This document shows positions 39,544 through 46,491 of a DNA stretch of 46,491 bases, piece by piece; within the stretch, counting starts at the first letter, position 1; each line of letters begins with the position of its first letter. A model generated the notes under the pieces. It had not been told where the DNA came from, searched no databases, and saw only the letters and a program-made list of their open reading frames with translations. A program made the translations under genes and the position numbers. This stretch comes from a candidate division WOR-3 bacterium (GTDB taxonomy: Bacteria; SDB-A), in assembly GCA_016934535.1 (NCBI GenBank), contig JAFGSQ010000034.1, positions 1 through 46,491 on the forward strand, read 5' to 3'.

Positions 39544-42500
39544 TCATTTTACCCTGCTTTTCATTTTGACGCCCGTTTGCTTTTCCCAAGCCGAAGGATC
39601 TTGAAAATACAGGCTGAACAGTTTTTCCTCGGAGGGGTTTTTCGGCATTCCGTCGCCTGACGCGTGGCAGTCTTTGTATTTTTTCCCGCTTCCGCATGGA
39701 CAGGTGTCGTTTCTTCCCGGACGTTTGAATTTCAGGACGACTGTTTGAGGTTTTGCCTGGGCTTGAGGGCGCCTTTGTGCGCCTCCGGTCGCCTGAGGTT
39801 CTGCCGAAAAGTCTTTTTTTACTGTTTGGATGGCTTGAGGGCTTTTTCTCTCTTTGGGCTGGATTCTCGGATTGTAAAGTCTTCTTACTATTTCTCTGTC
39901 AATTTCGAATATCATTTCGCTGAAAAGGGTCTGGGCTTCAATTGTGTATTCGATGAGAGGGTCTCTCTGAGCATATCCGCGAAGTCCTATGCCTTCTCTT
40001 AGCGCCTCCATCTCGTAGAGGTGGTTTCTCCAGTATTCATCAATAATCATCAGGCTTATAAAACGTTCTATCTCCCGCATCCTGTCTTCGGTGACAGTTT
40101 TTTCGAGATACTGGTATGTCTTTTCAGCGGAGTCTATGAGCTCTTCGAGAACATTTTCGGGATCGGATTCCCTGGTGAAATGTTTTATCTGAACCGGACC
40201 GAAGTGCCTCGCTGTTTCAACCCTGAATCCGTCGTAATCCCACGAAAGAGAATCTCCGATGAGAAAAGTTTCAGCCAGATAAGCTGCCACCTTGTTTCTT
40301 TTATCCCTGATAAAGCCTTTGAGATCCCACCCTTCGAGGACTATATTTCTCATCTCGTAAATAGTGTTTCTCTGTTCGTTGAGAACATCGTCGTATTTCA
40401 GAACTCTTTGTCTTATGTCGAAATGAAAAGTTTCTACTTTTTTCTGGGCGTTCTCGACCGTTCTGTTAACGAAAGGGTGTTCGATTACTTCGCCTTCTTT
40501 GGCGCCCCAGCGGTCCATTATTCTCGCGATTTTATCGGAGCCGAAAAGTCTCATGAGGTCGTCTTCGAGAGAAAGATAGAATCTCGAAGAACCTGGATCT
40601 CCCTGTCTTCCCGACCTGCCTCTGAGCTGTCTGTCTATACGCCTTGATTCGTGCCTCGATGTTCCGACTATGTGAAGGCCGCACGGCATGTCGTCAGTGC
40701 ATTTTTTCTGACCTTTTGATTTTTCGCATTTGTCGGAACCCCTGTGGTGAATCAGGCATCCTTTTTGACTCAGTAAAACGCCTTCGCCAAGTTTTATGTC
40801 GGTACCCCTTCCGGCCATATTCGTCGCTATGGTGACTTTTCCCTTTTGTCCGGCGTAAGCGACTATCTCAGCCTCCCTCTGGTGCTGTTTCGCGTTCAGG
40901 ACTTCGTGGTTTATTCCGACGCGCTTGAGCATTCTCGACAGGGTCTCCGAGGTCTCGACGGAAGTCGTACCGACCAATATGGGTCTGCCTGCTTCATGAA
41001 CCCTTTGGATTTCGCCTAAAACGGCGTTGAATTTTTCACTGCGGGTTTTGTAAATTTTATCGTTGTAATCAATTCTCCGTATCGGTTCGTTAGTCGGGAT
41101 GACCACGACGTCCAGACCGTATATCTTGTGGAATTCTCTCGATTCCGTTTCAGCCGTGCCGGTCATTCCCGAGAGTTTTGTGTACATTCTGAAATAATTC
41201 TGTATCGTGATGGTCGCTATCACCTGCGTTTCCGATTCAACCGGAACTTTCTCTTTTGCCTGTAAGGCCTGGTGCAGGCCGTCGGAATACCTTCTGCCCG
41301 GGAGTACCCTGCCCGTGAATTCATCCACTATCATGACTTTTTTATCTACGACCACGTATTCGTCGTCCTTGTTGAAGAGAGAGTAAGCTTTGAGGAGCTG
41401 ATTTACAGCGTGGATTTTTTCGCTTTTTTCGGCGTAATCTCTGTGAATTTCGTCTTCGCGTTTTACTTTTTCTTCAAGAGCGATGGATCCGTCAGACTGA
41501 ATGTTTTTCAGTTTGACGCTGATGTCGGGAAGAGTGAAAAAATCAGGATCGTTAGGGGAAATCGCTTTTCTTCCTTTTTCCGATATGTTTATTGTCTGTC
41601 CTTTTTCATCCAAAGTGTAATAGAGTTCCTCGAGAAGAGAGGGCATTTTTTTCGACTTGCTCATCCCGTCTTCGGCCATGATTTTTTTCTCGGTTTCGTC
41701 TATAAGCGATGTTATTCCGGTTTTCTGTTGAAGTTTTATGAGTCTTTTGAATTTTGGATTGCCGTTCTTGGCGATGAGAAGTTTAACGCCGGCTTGCTCC
41801 CTGTTTTCCTGTTCGAGAAAACTTTCTCCCTCCGATATGAGCTGATTGAGCAGATTGTTCTGAAGCCGGACTATCCTCTCAACGGAAGGGTTCAGGTCCT
41901 GATAAAGCGTTTCTTTTTTATCCGTTTCTACAAGACCGGATATGATGAGAGGAGTTCTCGCCTCGTCTATGAGGACCGAGTCTACTTCGTCAACTATGCA
42001 GTAATAATGGCCTCTTTGCACTCTGTTGTCGGGGTGAATTGCTATGTTGTCCCTGAGATAGTCGAAACCGAATTCATTGTTTGTTCCGTATGTTATGTCG
42101 GCGGAGTATTGTATTTTTCTTTCTTCGAAAGTCATGTTTCCCTGAATGCATCCGACAGTCATGCCGAGTTCAGTGTAAATGTTTCCCATCCATTCACTGT
42201 CCCTTTTGGCAAGGTAGTCGTTGACGGTGACAAGGTGAACTCCATGGCCAGGTATGGAGTTGAGATAGACCGGCATAGTGGCGACAAGGGTTTTACCTTC
42301 TCCTGTGGCCATCTCCGAAATTTTTCCCTGGTGGAGGACCGTCGCGCCTATAAGCTGAACGTTGTATGGAATCATTTCCCACTGAGTTTTGTGCCCCATG
42401 ACCGTTATTTCGCGCCCGTTTAGTCTCCTGCAGGCTTCTTTAACCATGGCAAAAGCCGTCGGCATGATCTCGTCGAGATATTTCATTTCTATCTCGAACC

Positions 42501-42780
42501 TTTGTTTTTCGAGCCGTTTGAGATCTTCTTTGAGTTCGGCGCGTTCCTGCGTGTCCTGAGAAGCCCTGATTTTCTGCTTTATATTGTCAACCGCCTGGGT
42601 CGAAGCCCCGGTTTGTCTTTGTATTTCAGCCCTGAATTCCCGGGTCATGGAAGGCAGGTCGCTTTTTTCGAGATTATCGTATATTTCGTTGATCTTTGCG
42701 ACGACGTGGGATATCTTCGCCACTTCTCTTTCGTTTTTTGTCTTTATAAGTTTTCTCAAGAATTTGAAAGGCAATTTCAT
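39544..42780 (-). CDS. secA: Preprotein translocase ATPase SecA
   Basis: EMATGEGKT, VNDYLA.RD, IVDEVD, ATNMAGRGTDI, QLRGRSGRQGDPG, SEC-C CPCGSGKKYKDCH. Confidence 0.98.
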   Translation of the reverse strand: MKLPFKFLRKLIKTKNEREVAKISHVVAKINEIYDNLEKSDLPSMTREFRAEIQRQTGASTQAVDNIKQKIRASQDTQERAELKEDLKRLEKQRFEIEMKYLDEIMPTAFAMVKEACRRLNGREITVMGHKTQWEMIPYNVQLIGATVLHQGKISEMATGEGKTLVATMPVYLNSIPGHGVHLVTVNDYLAKRDSEWMGNIYTELGMTVGCIQGNMTFEERKIQYSADITYGTNNEFGFDYLRDNIAIHPDNRVQRGHYYCIVDEVDSVLIDEARTPLIISGLVETDKKETLYQDLNPSVERIVRLQNNLLNQLISEGESFLEQENREQAGVKLLIAKNGNPKFKRLIKLQQKTGITSLIDETEKKIMAEDGMSKSKKMPSLLEELYYTLDEKGQTINISEKGRKAISPNDPDFFTLPDISVKLKNIQSDGSIALEEKVKREDEIHRDYAEKSEKIHAVNQLLKAYSLFNKDDEYVVVDKKVMIVDEFTGRVLPGRRYSDGLHQALQAKEKVPVESETQVIATITIQNYFRMYTKLSGMTGTAETESREFHKIYGLDVVVIPTNEPIRRIDYNDKIYKTRSEKFNAVLGEIQRVHEAGRPILVGTTSVETSETLSRMLKRVGINHEVLNAKQHQREAEIVAYAGQKGKVTIATNMAGRGTDIKLGEGVLLSQKGCLIHHRGSDKCEKSKGQKKCTDDMPCGLHIVGTSRHESRRIDRQLRGRSGRQGDPGSSRFYLSLEDDLMRLFGSDKIARIMDRWGAKEGEVIEHPFVNRTVENAQKKVETFHFDIRQRVLKYDDVLNEQRNTIYEMRNIVLEGWDLKGFIRDKRNKVAAYLAETFLIGDSLSWDYDGFRVETARHFGPVQIKHFTRESDPENVLEELIDSAEKTYQYLEKTVTEDRMREIERFISLMIIDEYWRNHLYEMEALREGIGLRGYAQRDPLIEYTIEAQTLFSEMIFEIDREIVRRLYNPRIQPKERKSPQAIQTVKKDFSAEPQATGGAQRRPQAQAKPQTVVLKFKRPGRNDTCPCGSGKKYKDCHASGDGMPKNPSEEKLFSLYFQDPSAWEKQTGVKMKSRVK

Positions 42781-43415
42781 TCGATCTCTCCGTTTATTTC
42801 CGGAAACTCCGCTTCCTGAATCCTGTTGCCAACGGTTTGGAGGAGTTTGCCGAGCTGTTTAAAGTCGAGGCAAGATGGTGCCGAAAGAGTAATCCAGCTC
42901 CACCAGCGTCGCGTCTCTTTTTCGCCGTCAAAATCAACCCAAAGAGGCGTCGCTGTACCGACACCGAAACAGAGAGAAGAATACCCTCCGACCGGAGCTA
43001 TGTCAACTCCGGCTCTGCCGGGGAATGATATCTGGACCGTGCCGAATTTGAGAGCGGCTTTTGAGGGATTGATTATCAAGCCTATCTTGTCCAGAAGAGA
43101 AGCCTTGTTTTCCGTTTTAGCGGTTTCTTCGTACCATTGGTAAAGAGAAAATATCCCGGTGTTTTCAAAATCCCTGATAACTCCTTTGTCCTCGACTGCG
43201 ATTACGGGAACAGGCACATTCCTGAATACGAGACAGTGAGTTCCCAGGAGCTCGGGAAAATTCTTGACAGATAGGGCGACGGACCTGATTATCAGGACCG
43301 ACAGAGGAACGACTATGTCTTTTTCCAGGGCAATTTCTTTTTTGAGAGAAATCAGTCCGGAAACGTCGACAAACTTCGCTAAAAAAATTTTCTTGCAAGG
43401 AAACATAATAATCAT
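42777..43415 (-). CDS. Degenerate 2-oxoacid dehydrogenase E2 catalytic-domain-like protein
   Basis: VDVS.L..L, IIRSVALSVKNFPEL, VIRD, GTVQIS, FGVG, ITLS; DHR motif absent; ATGA overlap with secA. Confidence 0.55.
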   Translation of the reverse strand: MIIMFPCKKIFLAKFVDVSGLISLKKEIALEKDIVVPLSVLIIRSVALSVKNFPELLGTHCLVFRNVPVPVIAVEDKGVIRDFENTGIFSLYQWYEETAKTENKASLLDKIGLIINPSKAALKFGTVQISFPGRAGVDIAPVGGYSSLCFGVGTATPLWVDFDGEKETRRWWSWITLSAPSCLDFKQLGKLLQTVGNRIQEAEFPEINGEIE

Positions 43416-43531
43416 TATATTCTAATTTTTTTGAGCCGATATAAAAAGCGTTTTTTTTGAATAGTCACCGAAGAAAAACCTTGCGTTTGACTCGAAACAT
43501 TGAAAATCATTAAATACAAAAGGAGCTGAAA

Positions 43532-43750
43532 ATGGACGTTATTGAAAAAAACTCGCTGGAACAGATACAAATCGAGATGAAGGAATACAAAAAGAAGAAG
43601 TATCTCGACATAAGAACTTATTACCAGTCCGACGGTGAATGGAAACCTTCCAAGAAAGGCGTAACAATACATCCTGAAAATCTCGACAAGCTTCTTGAGA
43701 TAATCACGGGAATAAAAGAAGAGTACGACAAAGAAGCCATGGCTGAATAA
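43532..43750 (+). CDS. PC4/YdbC family ssDNA-binding protein
   Basis: EYK.KKYLDIR.YY...GEWKP.KKGVT; RBS AAGGAG. Confidence 0.88.
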   Translation: MDVIEKNSLEQIQIEMKEYKKKKYLDIRTYYQSDGEWKPSKKGVTIHPENLDKLLEIITGIKEEYDKEAMAE

Positions 43751-43756
43751 TATTAT

Positions 43757-44998
43757 TCAGCTGTCTTGAAGTGCTCTCAGCCTGCTTATCACTGGTGGAT
43801 GAGAGTAATTGATAAGGACATCGAAAGGGTGAGGATTGAGATCGCCGAAGCTCGTGACGTAGATCTTTTTGAGGGCTTCGGCGAAATCTTTTTTGTTTTC
43901 CGTTGTTGTGACTGCGTATCTGTCGGCCTCGAATTCGAACTTTCTTGACAGAAAATTTCCCGCAATATTGAAAATAAATGATACAGGCTGGTATAGCACG
44001 GCGAAAGACGCCATTCCCGCGTAAATCGAAAATGTTTCAATTTTGAAAGCTTTTGTCAGCGCGGAGTTTTTTACGAAAACAGACAGAAGGAACAGCATCA
44101 GTCCGCTTGCGAGAATTGTCACGGCAATTGTTTTGTAGACGTGCTTTTTTCTGAAATGCCCCGCCTCGTGCGCTAAAACTCCTACGGTTTCGTTTGGCGT
44201 GAGTTTTTCTATAAGAGTGTCGAACAACACTATCCTTATTGATTTGCCTATGCCCGTGAAATACGCGTTCGGTTTTGTAGTCCTCCTTGAGCCGTCCATT
44301 TGAAATATGCCTTTTATTTTAAAATTTTCATTTTTAGCGTAATCGGTTATCTTGTCCTTAAGCTCCCCGTCGTTTATAGGTCGGAATTTGTTGAAAAGAG
44401 GCATGATCAGCACCGGAGCCACTTCAGCCATAATCACCTGAAAGACAGACAGTGCAGACCAGGCCAACACCCAGGCGAAACTGCCGAAACTCAGAAAAAA
44501 CCATATCAGCATGGCGGAAACAGGTGCACCTATTAATACTGTGAGAGAAAGACCTTTTATAATGTCGAGAAAAAAGGTTTTGTGAGTGGTTCGGTTGAAG
44601 CCGAATTCGTTTTCTATCCTGAATTTTGAATAATACGAAAACGGCAGGTTTATGGCCGACGAAAGAAAAAACAGTGTGAAAAAGAATACGACGCCGGTGA
44701 AAATTTCGTTTAATCCGAAGCTTCTGGCGAAAATGTCAATGTAATTGAATCCTCCTGATATCAGGAATACGAGGAACACAATCGTGGAAACTGTATTTTC
44801 AAAAATTGAAAATACAGAGTTTTTCCTGTTGTATCGGATGTATTTTTGATGAGACTCTTCGTCGAAAAAACCCTGAAACAGATCCGGAACGGGCTCTTTT
44901 GACTTACGAATTCTCAGCAGGTCTACGATAAGCTCAATCAAGTAAGACAGCAGGATTATAAAAATAAAGGCTGAAAGAAACAACGAAACAGCGTTCAT
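43757..44998 (-). CDS. M48 family (Ste24-like) membrane zinc metalloprotease
   Basis: MDGSRRT.K.NAYFTG, RIVLFDTL, AHEAGH, SRKFEFEAD, YSHPP. Confidence 0.93.
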   Translation of the reverse strand: MNAVSLFLSAFIFIILLSYLIELIVDLLRIRKSKEPVPDLFQGFFDEESHQKYIRYNRKNSVFSIFENTVSTIVFLVFLISGGFNYIDIFARSFGLNEIFTGVVFFFTLFFLSSAINLPFSYYSKFRIENEFGFNRTTHKTFFLDIIKGLSLTVLIGAPVSAMLIWFFLSFGSFAWVLAWSALSVFQVIMAEVAPVLIMPLFNKFRPINDGELKDKITDYAKNENFKIKGIFQMDGSRRTTKPNAYFTGIGKSIRIVLFDTLIEKLTPNETVGVLAHEAGHFRKKHVYKTIAVTILASGLMLFLLSVFVKNSALTKAFKIETFSIYAGMASFAVLYQPVSFIFNIAGNFLSRKFEFEADRYAVTTTENKKDFAEALKKIYVTSFGDLNPHPFDVLINYSHPPVISRLRALQDS

Positions 44999-45415
44999 AA
45001 AACTATCCTGACTGCCCTTGACCCAGGCGAAACACCGTGTATTAATTCGTGGACTGTGACGAAAAACCTATTTGAATATGCAATATAAAACATAAGTGAT
45101 TATTATAATTATCAAATCAAATAAATGCAAAAATTCCATACTGCTCCCCTTTTATGAAATTCGAAGAAAATGTATAAGTATTTGACTTGAGGCGGAAGAT
45201 AAATTTCTTTTTAAAATATCAGGAAAATAATCAGAAAAATAATCGAAAATTACAAGGAACAATTAATGCTGTAAAGATACAGTAGAAATACGATTAGATC
45301 CTATGTTTCAAAGAGTTGTGTTACCAGCCAAGTTGTCGTACAATGTTATTGGCCGTGCCGAATCGTAAGCGACCGATGCGCGGACATTAGGCTCATGGCC
45401 CCAGGAGGATGAGTG

Positions 45416-46491
45416 GTGAACACGACAAGCGATCCTGCCGCAGAAGAATGGAAACGAGTGATAGACGCTCTCCCTGACCTTGTCTGTATTATCGATTCAG
45501 AGCACAGGATTCGCTGGATGAACGCCGCGATGGCGGAAAAACTGGGTGTTATTCAGGCGGAGGTGACAGGTCTGACCTGTTACGAAGCAGTGCATGGAGC
45601 AACCTGCCCGTCGGATTTCTGCCCCCACTGCCAACTACTCCGGGATCAGCAGGAACATGCAGCCGAGATTCACGAGGAACGGCTCGGGGGCGATTTTATG
45701 GTGACCTGTACTCCCCTGCGGGACCAAGAAGGAAAGTTGATCGGGAGCGTCCATGTGGCACGAGACATCTCCGAACGCAAGCAGGCGGAGGATGAGATGC
45801 AAAGCGCGTATGGCCGTCTTGCTGCCACGCTCTCATTTATCACGACGGTCATTTCGTCCGTTCCTATTCCCCTTTTTTACAAAGACAGAGAGGGACGTTA
45901 CATTGGAGTGAACGAAGCATTTGCCGAACTCATGGGATATACACCTGATTATTACAAGGGTAAAACCGTGATGGAGCTTTGGCCTAGCGAATATGCTCAG
46001 GTGTACCATGACAGAGATCTTGAGTTGATGAACAACCCTAAACGACAAATCTATGAATTCAAGGTGCTGGACAAGAACGGGATAGACCATCGAGTGATTT
46101 GGTCCAAGGATGTGTTTCGAGATGAACACGGCCAAGTCGCGGGTATTGTAGGTGCCTTTCTGGACATCTCCGAGCGGGTGCGCGCGGAAGAGGCCCTGAA
46201 AGCCGCTGAGGAGGAAAAAGCGCTCATGTTGAACAGCACATCGGACCTCGTTGTTTACCACGACAAGGATATGCGGATTCGATGGGCGAACAAAATGGCA
46301 TCCATTTCGGTCAACAGACCATCTGAAGAGTTGATCGGACATTATTGCTGGGATATCTGGCATCAACGCCGGGAACCCTGCGTGGGCTGTCCCGTAATTC
46401 TGGCGCGCGATACCGGACAACCACAGGAAGCGGAAATCGGCTCTCCGGATGGCAGGCAATGGTTCATTCGTGGATATCCCATCAAGAACGC
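45416..46491 (+). CDS. Multi-PAS sensor protein, 3' truncated by the window edge (absent from the ORF track)
   Basis: AGGAGG then GTG at 45413/45416; my translation EEWKRVIDALPDLVCIIDSEHRIRWMN...VHVARDISERKQAE, followed by two more PAS-like repeats; no stop seen. Confidence 0.85.
   Translation, partial: MNTTSDPAAEEWKRVIDALPDLVCIIDSEHRIRWMNAAMAEKLGVIQAEVTGLTCYEAVHGATCPSDFCPHCQLLRDQQEHAAEIHEERLGGDFMVTCTPLRDQEGKLIGSVHVARDISERKQAEDEMQSAYGRLAATLSFITTVISSVPIPLFYKDREGRYIGVNEAFAELMGYTPDYYKGKTVMELWPSEYAQVYHDRDLELMNNPKRQIYEFKVLDKNGIDHRVIWSKDVFRDEHGQVAGIVGAFLDISERVRAEEALKAAEEEKALMLNSTSDLVVYHDKDMRIRWANKMASISVNRPSEELIGHYCWDIWHQRREPCVGCPVILARDTGQPQEAEIGSPDGRQWFIRGYPIKN

Noticed and set aside
40021..42423. 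Long plus-strand ORFs (208 aa and 383 aa)
   Set aside because: Antisense shadows of secA with no recognisable motifs
43415..43672. 85-aa minus-strand ORF upstream of the E2-like gene
   Set aside because: Largely antisense to the well-supported PC4 gene; shadow-like composition
45010..45045. Partial resemblance to ZTP (CGCCTGGG) or fluoride (GGTGTTCGCC-like) riboswitch elements
   Set aside because: The required 5' partners (GACTGGCG or GGCGATG) are absent
45833..46459. 208-aa minus-strand ORF in the track
   Set aside because: Antisense shadow of the plus-strand multi-PAS gene

Overview
Mostly core-genome window from a diderm bacterium. GWxTD proteins, a FlgD/T9SS-type C-terminal domain and a long-insert SecA suggest an FCB-superphylum or related candidate lineage; this is inference, not a database result. 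Contents: FG-GAP repeat secreted protein, PAS signalling genes, M28 and M48 peptidases, scattered amino-sugar/glycan genes, glnA, gdhA, serA-like and class V aminotransferase genes, dgt, purH, two GWxTD genes, nadB, hpf, a pilin-like/TPR/Omp85 envelope operon behind tRNA-Ala(GGC), an ApbE/AmrS/NusG-II/Gx operon, eno-ftsB-DUF362-HD-FGE, secA, PC4/YdbC, and a GC-richer multi-PAS gene truncated by the right edge. I saw no transposase, integrase, CRISPR array or rRNA. I cannot claim a proven new system. Best leads: (1) an Omp85 gene whose probable signal peptide is only reachable by a -1 shift at a U9 run followed 6 nt later by a perfect 9-bp hairpin; (2) the pilin-like lipoprotein/TPR/Omp85 operon containing it; (3) an HD dNTPase ending in a beta-clamp-binding-like motif; (4) an apparently catalytically dead E2-like gene coupled to a SecA carrying a Cys/His-rich insert. 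All product calls come from motif recognition by eye.
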